This document shows positions 51,994 to 61,638 of a stretch of 64,000 nt of DNA, in pieces; positions within the stretch are counted from its first letter, which is position 1; every line of letters begins with the position of its first letter. Origin of the DNA: Rhodocyclaceae bacterium. Its GTDB lineage: Bacteria > Pseudomonadota > Gammaproteobacteria > Burkholderiales > Rhodocyclaceae. Where the stretch lies: assembly GCA_023150275.1 (NCBI GenBank), contig JAKLLG010000002.1, positions 12,511 through 76,510 of the forward strand, read 5' to 3'. Below the pieces are notes generated by a model that saw only the letters and a list, made by a program, of their open reading frames with translations, was not told the DNA's origin and did not search any database. The translations under genes were made by a program, and so were the position numbers.

Positions 51994-52899
51994 ATGGAGA
52001 AACCATCTCCCTTGGGCGTCTGGTGGCTTGCCGTGCGCCCCCGCACACTCTCCGTGTCGGTTGCTCCCGTGCTGGTGGGATCGGCGCTCGCCCATGCCGA
52101 GCAGGGCGATTTTCTCCTCTGGCCGGCACTGGTGGCCGCGCTCGCCGCGATGCTGATCCAGATTGGCACCAATCTGCATAACGACGTCGCCGATTTCGAG
52201 CGTGGTGCCGATCCTCCCGACCGCCTCGGGCCACCGCGGGCGACGGCGATGGGCTGGCTGCCGGCACGCACGGTTCGCCGGGCGGCCTGGATTTCCTTTG
52301 CCCTGGCCTTTGCGCTCGGCATCCTGCTCGTCCTGCGCGGCGGCTGGCCGATCGTCGCCGTCGGCCTCGCGTCACTGCTCGCCGGCTGGGCCTATACCAA
52401 CGGACCGCGGCCGATCGCTTACGGCGCGCTGGGCGAGGGTTTCGTGATTTTCTTCTTCGGGGGCGCGGCGGTCGGCGGGAGCTACTACCTGCAGACGCTG
52501 TCCCTGTCGCCGGCAGCGTTGCTCGCTGCCTTGCAGGTCGGTCTGCTCGGCGCGGCGGTGATCAGCGTGAACAACACCCGCGATCTCGCGACCGATGCGC
52601 GCGTGGGCAAGAACACGCTGGCGGTGCGTGTCGGGCGGTGTGTGATGAATCGAATTTACGCAGCGGAGGTGTTGCTGCCGTACCTGCTGCTGCCGTTGCT
52701 CGCGGCGCTTCTTGAGCACAGCGCTGTGTCCGCGTGGTTCTTCGCCTTGCCGTGCGTTTCAGTCGGCTGGGCGCTCTCGCTCTGCAGGCGCTTCCGGACC
52801 CTGCCTGCCGGGCCCGGTTTCAACGATCTGCTTGCCGCCACGGCGCAGCTGCAGGCCGCCTATGCGGCGCTGCTTGCCCTGGCGCTGATCATGGCTTGA
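51994..52899 (+). CDS. UbiA-family prenyltransferase (MenA-like 1,4-dihydroxy-2-naphthoate octaprenyltransferase)
   Basis: NLHNDVADFERGAD matches the N-D-x-x-D-x-x-x-G-x-D prenyltransferase motif. Multi-TM protein. Alternative ATG at 51949. Confidence 0.65.
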   Translation: MEKPSPLGVWWLAVRPRTLSVSVAPVLVGSALAHAEQGDFLLWPALVAALAAMLIQIGTNLHNDVADFERGADPPDRLGPPRATAMGWLPARTVRRAAWISFALAFALGILLVLRGGWPIVAVGLASLLAGWAYTNGPRPIAYGALGEGFVIFFFGGAAVGGSYYLQTLSLSPAALLAALQVGLLGAAVISVNNTRDLATDARVGKNTLAVRVGRCVMNRIYAAEVLLPYLLLPLLAALLEHSAVSAWFFALPCVSVGWALSLCRRFRTLPAGPGFNDLLAATAQLQAAYAALLALALIMA

Positions 52900-53653
52900 A
52901 CCAGGCAAGCTTCGACTGCAGCGTGACGACGGTACCGATGATGATCAGCGCCGGCGGCCGGATGTCGAGCCTGTCGATCTCGCTGGCCAGTGTCGCCAGC
53001 GTCGCGGTGAGCACCCGCTGTCGCCGTGAGGTGCCGTGCTGCACGACGGCGGCCGGGTAATCCTCCGGCAGGCCGTTGTCCATCAACTGTTTGCAGATCT
53101 CTCCGGCGCCGCCGATGCCCATGTAGAAGACGACGGTCTGGTGCGGACGCGAAAGCGCCTTCCAGTCGAGATTGACGCTGCCATCCTTGAGGTGTCCCGT
53201 GGCGAAGACGCAAATCTGCGCGTGGTCACGATGCGTCAGCGGGATGCCGGCGTAGGAGCCGCATCCGGAGGCGGCGGTGACGCCGGGGACAACCTCGAAT
53301 GGCACGCCGTGCTCGGCCAGCGTTTCGATTTCCTCGCCGCCGCGACCGAAGATGAACGGATCGCCGCCCTTCAGGCGCACGACGCGTTTGCCCTGCTTTG
53401 CCAGCCGCACCAGCAGGACGTTGATTTCCTCCTGCGGTAACGCGTGGTTCGATGCCTCCTTGCCGGCATAAATCTTTTCGGCATCCGGGCGCGCAAGATC
53501 GAGCACGCCCTCGGCCCCAAGGTGGTCGTAGACGATGACGTCGGCCTCGCGTACCAGGCGGGCTGCCTTTAGCGTCATCAGTTCGGGGTCGCCGGGGCCG
53601 CTTCCGACAAGATAAACGGTGCCCGGCTGGGTGCTTGCGCGAGGAGGAATCAT
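52889..53653 (-). CDS. cobA: uroporphyrinogen-III C-methyltransferase (SUMT; NirE-like in the nir context)
   Basis: VYLVGSGPGDPELMTLKA and VVRLKGGDPFIFGRGGEE motifs. Divergent from nirS. Confidence 0.85.
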   Translation of the reverse strand: MIPPRASTQPGTVYLVGSGPGDPELMTLKAARLVREADVIVYDHLGAEGVLDLARPDAEKIYAGKEASNHALPQEEINVLLVRLAKQGKRVVRLKGGDPFIFGRGGEEIETLAEHGVPFEVVPGVTAASGCGSYAGIPLTHRDHAQICVFATGHLKDGSVNLDWKALSRPHQTVVFYMGIGGAGEICKQLMDNGLPEDYPAAVVQHGTSRRQRVLTATLATLASEIDRLDIRPPALIIIGTVVTLQSKLAWFKP

Positions 53654-53778
53654 GGAAAAATCTGTGCTGTTGTGAGGTAATGCTGCGTCGCCGGAATGCC
53701 CGGAGGCGCAAGGATATACGGGCCAGTGTGGTTTGTTCAACCGATGGCGAACTTTAGTAATAACCTTGCTCGTAATAG

Positions 53779-53792
53779 TTGATTTGGGTCAA
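53779..53792 (+). promoter_or_regulatory. FNR/DNR/NnrR-type box TTGAT-N4-GTCAA upstream of nirS
   Basis: ttgatttgggtcaa lies ~92 bp upstream of the nirS ATG in the divergent nirE-nirS intergenic region. Confidence 0.6.
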
Positions 53793-53883
53793 AGATCGGC
53801 ATTTCCAAACGGAGCACATTAGCGAGCAGCGTTGAGTCCAGTTACGACCGTTCGCGCCGCTTATCAATAACAGGAGAGGATGT

Positions 53884-55560
53884 ATGAAGAAATTGATTCG
53901 TAACACCCTGATGCTCGCAGCTCTGCCGCTGGCTGTTTCCGCTGCCTTCGCCGCACCGGCCAAGAAGGAAGCCGCTGCTCCGGCGCCGGCTGCTGCCGCA
54001 GGCCCGAGCCTCTCGGCCGAGGACAAGGCTGCTGCTGGCAAGACCTACTTCGAGCGTTGCGCCGGCTGCCACGGCATGCTGCGCAAGGGTGCCACCGGCA
54101 AGAACCTTGAGCCGGCCAACACCGCCAAGCTCGGCACTTCCCGTCTGGAGAAGGTGCTCTCCTACGGTACGGAAGGCGGCATGCCGAACTTCGACGACAT
54201 CCTGTCGAAGAAGGAAATCTCGAACCTGGCCCAGTACCTGCAGATGCCGGCCGAAGCGCCGCCCGAGTATGGCCTGAAGCAGATGAAGGCCGACTGGAAG
54301 CTCCTGATCCCGCAGAAGGATCGTCCGACCAAGAAGATGAACAACATCAACATCGAGAACATCTTCTCGGTGACCCTGCGTGACTCGGGTGAAGTTGCTC
54401 TGATCGACGGCGACACCAAGCAGATCTGGGGCATCGTCAAGACCGGCTACGCTGTTCACATCTCGCGCGTTTCGGCATCCGGCCGCTACATGCACGTCAT
54501 CGGCCGCGACGGTCGCTATGACCTGATCGACATGTGGACCGAGAAGCCGACCACCGTTGCCACGATGAAGTCGGGCTACGAGGCGCGCTCGATCGATACG
54601 TCGAAGTACAAGGGCTATGAGGACAAGTACGCCATCGTCGGCGCCTACTGGCCGCCCCACTACGCAATTCTGGATGGCGAAACGCTTGAGCCGCTGAAGA
54701 TCGTTTCGACCCGTGGCCAGACCGTTGATGGCGAGTACCACCCCGAGCCGCGCGTTGCCTCCATCGTAGCCTCGCACGATAAGCCCGAGTGGGTCGTCAA
54801 CGTCAAGGAAACCGGCATGATTCGCCTGGTTGACTACTCCGACCTCAACAACCTGAAGGAAACGACGCTCAATTCGGCCAAGTTCCTGCACGACGGTGGC
54901 TGGGATTCGTCGAAGCGCTACTTCCTGGTTGCCGCCAACGCCTCGAACAAGATCGCTGTGGCTGACACCAAGACCGGCAAGCTGGCCGCCCTGGTTGATA
55001 CCGCCAAGATCCCGCACCCGGGCCGCGGCGCGAACATCGACCATCCCAAGTACGGCAAGGTCTGGGCGACCTCTCACCTTGGTGCCGACGTGATCACCTT
55101 CATCGGTACCGATCCGGAAGGCAACAAGGACTACGCCTGGAAGGTCGTTCAGACGGTGAAGAACCATGGCGCCAACTCGCTGTTCGTCAAGTCGCATCCG
55201 AAGTCCAAGAACATCTGGGCTGACGCGCCGCTGAACCCGGATCCGAAGCTGGCTGGTTCGGTCACGGTGTACACCATTGCTGACCTCGGCAATCCCGATC
55301 CGAAGCCGGAAGTGATCGACGTTGCCGCGATGGCCAACCTTGGCAAGACCAAGGGCCTGCAGCGCGTGGTGCATGGCGAGTACAACAAGGATGGCGATGA
55401 GATCTGGTTCTCGGTGTGGACCGGCAACAAGACCGAGCCGTCCGCGATCGTTGTTCTCGATGACAAGACGCGCAAGCTGAAGACCGTCATCAAGGACAAG
55501 CGCCTCGTGACGCCGACCGGCAAGTTCAACGTCTACAACACCCAGCACGACGTTTATTGA
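53884..55560 (+). CDS. nirS: cytochrome cd1 nitrite reductase
   Basis: Signal peptide, heme c motif CAGCHG, and a d1 beta-propeller domain. Strong RBS AGGAGAGGA. Lysine-rich codon usage, consistent with high expression. Confidence 0.95.
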   Translation: MKKLIRNTLMLAALPLAVSAAFAAPAKKEAAAPAPAAAAGPSLSAEDKAAAGKTYFERCAGCHGMLRKGATGKNLEPANTAKLGTSRLEKVLSYGTEGGMPNFDDILSKKEISNLAQYLQMPAEAPPEYGLKQMKADWKLLIPQKDRPTKKMNNINIENIFSVTLRDSGEVALIDGDTKQIWGIVKTGYAVHISRVSASGRYMHVIGRDGRYDLIDMWTEKPTTVATMKSGYEARSIDTSKYKGYEDKYAIVGAYWPPHYAILDGETLEPLKIVSTRGQTVDGEYHPEPRVASIVASHDKPEWVVNVKETGMIRLVDYSDLNNLKETTLNSAKFLHDGGWDSSKRYFLVAANASNKIAVADTKTGKLAALVDTAKIPHPGRGANIDHPKYGKVWATSHLGADVITFIGTDPEGNKDYAWKVVQTVKNHGANSLFVKSHPKSKNIWADAPLNPDPKLAGSVTVYTIADLGNPDPKPEVIDVAAMANLGKTKGLQRVVHGEYNKDGDEIWFSVWTGNKTEPSAIVVLDDKTRKLKTVIKDKRLVTPTGKFNVYNTQHDVY

Positions 55561-55592
55561 TCGGCTGAGTTCTGTAGCGTTACTGCAGGGCA

Positions 55593-55624
55593 AAACCGGG
55601 GGCTTCGGCCCCCGGTTTTTTTCT
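55593..55624 (+). terminator. rho-independent terminator after nirS
   Basis: aaaccgggggc-ttcg-gcccccggtttttttct. Confidence 0.8.
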
Positions 55625-55687
55625 GGGAACGCCTTTCCTGTCGTGGCGGTCGAACCGAGACCTTAGTGTTTGTGAAAGGAGCTTGTC

Positions 55688-56002
55688 ATGCGTCGAGTGC
55701 TCGTCGCCATCGCCTTGGCCACTCTTTCGATCAGTGTCGCCAGTGCTGCTGACATCGAGGTGCGTATCGAGAAAATGAAGTTCGTGCCGGACGAGACAAG
55801 GATCAAGAAAGGCGACTCCATCGTTTGGAAAAGCCATGAGAAGCGCGGCTACCATACGGTTTGGTTCAAGGACGAGGGTTATCCGGAATCGGAGCCGATG
55901 TTTCCCGACGAAAGCTGGAAAAGGAAGTTCGACAAGCCTGGCACCTACGTCTATATCTGCGGCCCGCACCCCGAGATGGTTGGTCGCGTGATCGTTGAAT
56001 GA
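55688..56002 (+). CDS. amicyanin-like cupredoxin (type 1 blue copper protein)
   Basis: Signal peptide. GDSIVWKSHEKRGYHTVWF (first His ligand) and YICGPHPEMVGRVIV (Cys-x-x-His-x-x-Met copper site, as in amicyanin CTPHPFM). Confidence 0.75.
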   Translation: MRRVLVAIALATLSISVASAADIEVRIEKMKFVPDETRIKKGDSIVWKSHEKRGYHTVWFKDEGYPESEPMFPDESWKRKFDKPGTYVYICGPHPEMVGRVIVE

Positions 56003-56010
56003 GGGATTGA

Positions 56011-56337
56011 ATGCCTTATCGTTTTTTTCTTGCCGTGACCCTGTTTGCCTCATCTGCCGTCGCTGCTGCGTCCGAGCCTCCGCCCGAGCGCCAGCGCGAA
56101 CTGGTGCGCATGGTGCGTCAGGACTGCGGTTCCTGCCACGGCATGACGCTCAACGGCGGTCTCGGCCCGGCGCTGACTGCAAGCGCGCTGAAAGAGCGCG
56201 GCATGCCCCACGAGGTGCTGGTCGCCACTATTGTCGGCGGCCGCCCGGGTACCCCGATGCCACCCTGGCATCGTTTCTTGAGCGAACCTGAAGCCGAATG
56301 GATCGTGGATAAGCTGATCGAAGGGTTCCCGGAATAG
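56011..56337 (+). CDS. nirC: cytochrome c55X (NirC-like mono-heme c-type cytochrome)
   Basis: Signal peptide. CGSCHG heme-binding motif. 108 aa. Sits in the position of nirC. Confidence 0.8.
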   Translation: MPYRFFLAVTLFASSAVAAASEPPPERQRELVRMVRQDCGSCHGMTLNGGLGPALTASALKERGMPHEVLVATIVGGRPGTPMPPWHRFLSEPEAEWIVDKLIEGFPE

Positions 56338-56355
56338 TTTCGCCGCCTTGCTTCG

Positions 56356-58704
56356 TCAGAAGCTGATGTTCAAGCCAACGTTCAACGAGCGCGCACGGCC
56401 TGGAACGCTCATGCCCCATGGGATGCCGTTGATCGTCATCGAATTGCCCTGGCCTACGTACGCACCGCCGAGTGGCAGGTAGTACATGACATTCATGGCG
56501 TTTTCGAGCGCGAGGTCGAGACGCAGGTTCTTCCATTCATAGCTGCTACGGAGATTCAGCAGGGTGTAATCCGGTGTTTTGACTTCGTTGCGTACGCGCG
56601 AAACATAGGTTTTGTCATCCACGTATTGCACTTCCGCCGTGTTGGTCCATCCACCCAGACGGTGGACGAGGGCGAGCTTCGTGTTCCTCGGCATCATGTG
56701 GTAGAGGTTGTCGCCAGTCGTCCGGTTCTTGCCACGAACGTAGCTGAACATTGCAGCGCCGGTGAAACTTCCCACTCCCTCCATGCTGCCAAGCAGGCGT
56801 TCCGCGGAAAGATCCAAGCCGTATAGCCGCGCCGTCTGATTGATGTACTGCAGTTTTACATAGCGGTCCGTCGTCGTTACGTTGCTCGCGGTGCACTGCG
56901 TATTCATTCCCGGCGTGCAGCGCTGTGCGTCGATATACTGCTTCACGTGCGTTACGTATCCGGTCAGCTTGAAATTCCATTCCTTTCTTTCGTTGTCATG
57001 CCAGTCTGCACCCACGCTTGCCGTATGCGCGATTTCCGGTTTGAGATTGACATTGCCAATGTATGCGTTGCCGTCCCCGACAAAATTGTTCATCAGCGCC
57101 GTCATCGTCGAGTAGGTCCACGTGTAGCGTTCGTAAAGATTGGGTGACCGCGTTTTGCGCGCGAGACCGATTTCGTAAGTTTCCATCGCACTTGGCGTAA
57201 AGCGGGCAAGGGCGGTCGCGTCCAAGTGACGGTCATCGTGTTTGCGATCGCTGGCGTTGAAGGCGCGGGCATCACCCAGGTAGCTGTTGCTGTAGCCCTG
57301 GACCGTTCCTGCTTCCGACACCACCTTGCCACCGCGAACGCCGAGCAGCGTGAGCCATTGCTTGCTCCACTGTGTTTCCAACTCGGCAAATATTCCGTAG
57401 CGATTCCGTGTGCCGTTGCGGATGTTCCAGAACGGCTTGCAGCACATCGAGACGCCAGCGTTGATCGGCGGCCACCAATCGTCAAGGCGATATTTCTGGA
57501 AATCTAATCCGATGCGCAGCAAATCCGCCTCGCCGAGCGCGATGCTCCCTTTCAGCAAGCCGCCGTCCGTCGTGGCATCGGCGTCCATCGGCATCATCAT
57601 TCCGTCGTAGCGCTCGGGGAGATAGTCCATATGGTGGCGGAGCGATTGATGGAAGTACTGGGTTTCAAGTTCTCCCCACTCGAACTGACCGGTATAGCGA
57701 AGCGTCTTGATTCGGTTGACGTTTGACGGCTCGCTCTTGTCTACCTCGAAGGCCAGGGGATCAGACGGATCGGGCGCAGAGCTGTGCACCATGTCCATGC
57801 GCTGGTTCGGAAATCCCTCGAAGTCGATTTTCTGCTCGCCAAGCTTCACCTCGACAAGGTGATTGCCTCCCAGGCGCAGCGCCAGTGAACCTTCCCGGTT
57901 CAGCGAACCGCCGTACTCCGTTGCAGCAACTTCGTTTGCAGCGACCAAATGCCCGCCACTTTGTTTGCTCCATGGTCCGGGGAGCTTGAAATCGGACGCT
58001 GCGCGGTAATTCTCAGAGCGCGATATCGACTGCGAGTAAGAGAAATTGATCCATACGCCAGCCAGAGTGGCGCCAAAATTGGTCCCGCGGCCGTTGCCGT
58101 TGCTCCGCATGAATCCGCCGAGTTGTCCTTCCAGCAGGGGGTCTTCGCCTGCCTTTGCGAACTTCGGCGGTGCCGAACGTACCTGAATCGTGCTCCCGAT
58201 GCTGTCCCCGCCGACACTCACCGGCGTTATTCCGGCGAACACCTCGATGCTTGCGATCTTGCTTGGATCGACGAAGGATAGCGCCGGGTTCATGTGATTC
58301 GGACAGGCCGTCATCAGATCCATGCCATCAATGGTGGTGCGCAGGCGATCATCGGCCAGTCCGCGAATCACCGGCAGGCTGGAAATTCCTCCCGCACCGT
58401 AGGTGCTGGCGCCGGGAATGTCTTCCAGCAAGCGTGCGCTGTCACTCGTGTTCGTCCGCTGCGATTTGAGGGTGCGCAGATCCAGACGAGCGCCGCCGGC
58501 AGGGGTGTCGACAAGGCGAGAGTCTTCAATTTCGATTTCTGTCAGCGTGGTGCTATCGTCGGCTCCAGATGCGGATTGCGCCAGCACCGGTACTGGCAGG
58601 ATGGCGATAAGGCTCGCCAGCAGCCTGTGTCGAAATCGTGAGTTCAAGATCGTTCTCTTGTGAACGCGAAAAGGGCGGCAGTGGCCTTCGCCTCCGCCGC
58701 CCAT
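56356..58704 (-). CDS. TonB-dependent outer-membrane receptor
   Basis: Terminal Phe (…NVGLNISF). Plug and barrel motifs. Start uncertain. ATG 58704 has an SD; TTG 58647 would give MNSRFRHRLLASLIAILPVPVLA-QS; track ATG is at 59007. Confidence 0.8.
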   Translation of the reverse strand: MGGGGEGHCRPFRVHKRTILNSRFRHRLLASLIAILPVPVLAQSASGADDSTTLTEIEIEDSRLVDTPAGGARLDLRTLKSQRTNTSDSARLLEDIPGASTYGAGGISSLPVIRGLADDRLRTTIDGMDLMTACPNHMNPALSFVDPSKIASIEVFAGITPVSVGGDSIGSTIQVRSAPPKFAKAGEDPLLEGQLGGFMRSNGNGRGTNFGATLAGVWINFSYSQSISRSENYRAASDFKLPGPWSKQSGGHLVAANEVAATEYGGSLNREGSLALRLGGNHLVEVKLGEQKIDFEGFPNQRMDMVHSSAPDPSDPLAFEVDKSEPSNVNRIKTLRYTGQFEWGELETQYFHQSLRHHMDYLPERYDGMMMPMDADATTDGGLLKGSIALGEADLLRIGLDFQKYRLDDWWPPINAGVSMCCKPFWNIRNGTRNRYGIFAELETQWSKQWLTLLGVRGGKVVSEAGTVQGYSNSYLGDARAFNASDRKHDDRHLDATALARFTPSAMETYEIGLARKTRSPNLYERYTWTYSTMTALMNNFVGDGNAYIGNVNLKPEIAHTASVGADWHDNERKEWNFKLTGYVTHVKQYIDAQRCTPGMNTQCTASNVTTTDRYVKLQYINQTARLYGLDLSAERLLGSMEGVGSFTGAAMFSYVRGKNRTTGDNLYHMMPRNTKLALVHRLGGWTNTAEVQYVDDKTYVSRVRNEVKTPDYTLLNLRSSYEWKNLRLDLALENAMNVMYYLPLGGAYVGQGNSMTINGIPWGMSVPGRARSLNVGLNISF

Positions 58705-58739
58705 GCCGGCCATCCTCGGGGTGGCCGGTCTATCAATGA

Positions 58740-59525
58740 CTACTGGATTTTCCGGCGCCGACGCGCGACAGAACCCATCAATCCCAGGCCGGCCAGAAGC
58801 ATGGCGTAGGTTTCCGGCTCCGGAACTGCCGCAACCTGCGCGGTGATCACCTGCGAGAGCGGGTAACCGCTCATCGTGCCCGCCGCGCCATAGACATGCT
58901 GCGACGTTGCCGTCATGCAGACGGCGCCCATCATTCCGCCGGGGGCGCAATCGGCGTAGGCGGTCGACGCGAGACCGCGACTGCCGCTTCCCAATGCCTC
59001 GTTCCACGAGAGCGCCAGAGGATTGCTGGCGTTATTGGCGGCGCTCAGGTTGTCCGGAACGAAGATCAGCGCGTAGGAGTTCTGAATGGAGGCCGGATAG
59101 TTCTTCATCTTCGGGCCGCCGGCAAAAATGCCGCCGTTATCAATGCCGTCAGCCGGTGTCCATGTGTCGCCGAGGAACGTGGCCGTGCTCGGCTTGGCAA
59201 AGGTTGCCGCGAAAGTGCCGTGCAACGCGCTGTCGTACCACGACACGAGCTGATAGGTCAGCGATACCAGCGTTTGATCATAGTACGGAGCCGTGCCGCC
59301 GGCGGGCCAGGTGCCGGTCATCGACTCGGTCAGAGAGCCTTGCAGACCGGTGATTGTGTGCGTCACATCGTCGTAGCTGAACGAGCCGGTGAATATCGTA
59401 TTCTTTGGTTGCGTGTCAGGTTCGAACCAGGTCGTGATCACATCGTAGTTGCTGACCCCGGCGTGAGCCGCTGGGGCGCCGGCAAGCAGAGCCAGTGCGG
59501 CCAAGGCTGTTGCTGTTTTGTTCAT
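58740..59525 (-). CDS. PEP-CTERM sorting-domain secreted protein
   Basis: Signal peptide. C-terminal VPEPETYAMLLAGLGLMGSVARRRRK. Confidence 0.8.
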   Translation of the reverse strand: MNKTATALAALALLAGAPAAHAGVSNYDVITTWFEPDTQPKNTIFTGSFSYDDVTHTITGLQGSLTESMTGTWPAGGTAPYYDQTLVSLTYQLVSWYDSALHGTFAATFAKPSTATFLGDTWTPADGIDNGGIFAGGPKMKNYPASIQNSYALIFVPDNLSAANNASNPLALSWNEALGSGSRGLASTAYADCAPGGMMGAVCMTATSQHVYGAAGTMSGYPLSQVITAQVAAVPEPETYAMLLAGLGLMGSVARRRRKIQ

Positions 59526-59560
59526 GGCAGGTGTTCTCCGGTTGGTGATTCAGATTCCGT

Positions 59561-60412
59561 TCAGGACTGGCGACGGCGACGGGCAACCGTGCCCATTAGT
59601 CCGAGGCCGGCGAGCAGCATGGCGTAGGTTTCGGGTTCCGGAACCGGTGCTGCCCAGGTCCAGGTTTCGATCGTGTTCTTGCCAGCGGCGGCGGCCACTT
59701 CGTTGCCGTAGATGTCGCCGATATAGACGTTGTATGTGGCGGAGAAGGTCTTTCCCCAGCCATTCGTGGCGTTCAGATCCACGGCATAGATGTTGTGATC
59801 CATCATGTAGTCCCACTGCCATTTCGTGGAACTTCCCGCGGTGCCGAAGAGCCCGGTATATCCGCCAGCCAAAGGATCGACGGTCGTGGTGTTGTTGGCG
59901 TTCACGCCGTACTTGCCGACGGCCTTGTAGGTTTCCAGGCCAGCGCTCTGCGACAGCACTTCGATCCAGATGCTTGCACCGGCACCGTAAGTGGTCTCGA
60001 TCGAGGACTTCAGCGTTGCGGGTGCCGTACCCGAGCCGCCCCACCAGCCGAACTCCCGACTGAACGCCTTGTTCTGCAGCACCGCCCAGGGTTGCGAGGG
60101 GTCCCACTGAGCGAACGTCGTTGCCGCCAGATTCGGGTTGCCAGTGCTCAATACGCCAAGGGTCAGCGGTAGCGGGTTGGACGAGAAACAGCCCGAGCTC
60201 CAGCCAGGGCAGCGCGGGGTGAAGGTGTCCTGATTCGGCATCTGCAACGCGCCGTTCGCGTCGAGAGAAATCTGGGACATGACCATCGGCATCCAGGTCG
60301 GCGGGTTGGTGTCGTACGCGCTGGCAACGCCGGCATGGCCTGCCAGCGCAAGTGCTACGGCTGACGCAGCGAGCGAGGGTCGCAGGTGTGTGTTGATGAA
60401 CGAATGATTCAT
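59561..60412 (-). CDS. PEP-CTERM sorting-domain secreted protein (paralog)
   Basis: Signal peptide MNHSFINTHLRPSLAASAVALALAGHAGVASA. C-terminal VPEPETYAMLLAGLGLMGTVARRRRQS. Confidence 0.8.
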   Translation of the reverse strand: MNHSFINTHLRPSLAASAVALALAGHAGVASAYDTNPPTWMPMVMSQISLDANGALQMPNQDTFTPRCPGWSSGCFSSNPLPLTLGVLSTGNPNLAATTFAQWDPSQPWAVLQNKAFSREFGWWGGSGTAPATLKSSIETTYGAGASIWIEVLSQSAGLETYKAVGKYGVNANNTTTVDPLAGGYTGLFGTAGSSTKWQWDYMMDHNIYAVDLNATNGWGKTFSATYNVYIGDIYGNEVAAAAGKNTIETWTWAAPVPEPETYAMLLAGLGLMGTVARRRRQS

Positions 60413-60736
60413 GAGCTTGCTCCGACGATGTGATGGTGATCCTGTGGGCGCGAAATGAGCGAGTGTCTGTACCGGGTGGCTGGTTACCAGGCGCGCAATT
60501 TCGTGCATGAACGGTGGCGGAAGTTACGCGCGTTGCGAGCGTCGTGGAATGGTTCATTTGTCCCATTTTTGGGTTCCGGACACGCGCTGCGGCGATATGT
60601 CGCATGGATTCCGGCGGGTGTGCGGCAGATAATTCGCGCCGACGCAGCATGTGTCGGGCGACGAACTTTCCATTCCGGAATGCCCCTCGTTTCAACGCCC
60701 CGATCTCATCGTTGCAGCCCCGATAAAGTTATCCGA

Positions 60737-61528
60737 ATGCAAGAGAAGAGCCTGCTGGGCGCCATCCGCCGAGCGCAGCAGTTGCAGACACATCGCGATT
60801 TATTTCTGTGGCTGCAGCAAGATCTGCGGGAATACCTGCCGCACGAAATCCTCGTTGCTGCCTGGGGAGATTTTCCCGCCAATCGCATCAGCCTCGATGT
60901 GGTGTCGTCGCTCCCCGATGTGCGGACGACGGAATCGACTTGCGCGATGCTGAAGCCCGTGATGCATCGACTATTCGAGGCGTGGTGCGAGCGCGAACAG
61001 GTTTCCTTCGCGATCCCCCTGATCGAGTTTGGTTCGTGCGTGATGTCGGGTCCGGCCGTCGATCTGTTGCGCGGCATGAGCGGCGTTGTGTGCCACGGCA
61101 TCAAGGATGAGCGTGGCCAGCTGATTTCCCTTTATGCGGCAATCGGAAGTGGCACCAGCAGTCGGGCAGGTGCGATCGAGGCCATGGAATTTCTGCTCCC
61201 TTCGATCGATGCAGCATTCAGGCAGATCGCCTTGCTCCCCATTCAGCGCGACGAGGTGCCGGATAGTTCCGTGTTCAGCACCACGTCGATGAATGCGATG
61301 CAGGTGCCGCGGGCCGAGCGTACGGCAGCTGACGTCAATCTTTCCGGCCGTGAGCACGAAATCATGCAATGGGTGAGCGTTGGCAAGACCAACATCGAAA
61401 TCGGCAAGATCCTCGCCATCAGCCCGCGTACCGTGCGCAACCACCTGCAGAGCGTTTTTCGCAAGCTGGACGTGATGAACCGGGCACAGGCGGTGTTCGA
61501 GCTGGAGCAACTTCGCGCTGGCGATTGA
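60737..61528 (+). CDS. LuxR-family transcriptional regulator (EpsA-like, PEP-CTERM-associated)
   Basis: C-terminal GerE/LuxR HTH LSGREHEIMQWVSVGKTNIEIGKILAISPRTVRNHLQSVFRKL. Adjacent to the PEP-CTERM genes. Confidence 0.7.
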   Translation: MQEKSLLGAIRRAQQLQTHRDLFLWLQQDLREYLPHEILVAAWGDFPANRISLDVVSSLPDVRTTESTCAMLKPVMHRLFEAWCEREQVSFAIPLIEFGSCVMSGPAVDLLRGMSGVVCHGIKDERGQLISLYAAIGSGTSSRAGAIEAMEFLLPSIDAAFRQIALLPIQRDEVPDSSVFSTTSMNAMQVPRAERTAADVNLSGREHEIMQWVSVGKTNIEIGKILAISPRTVRNHLQSVFRKLDVMNRAQAVFELEQLRAGD

Positions 61529-61638
61529 TGCCGGAAAGACGTTTGCTTCATGGCTGTTCGCCGGCAAGCTGCGGCGATATGTCGCAGCGGGAATGCACGG
61601 CGAATCTATAAAATCGCGACCTTCGTTTCGTTGCCGTG

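Noticed and set aside
53842-55593. 583-aa minus-strand ORF antisense to nirS
   Set aside because: nirS on the plus strand is certain (heme c and d1 motifs, RBS, terminator).
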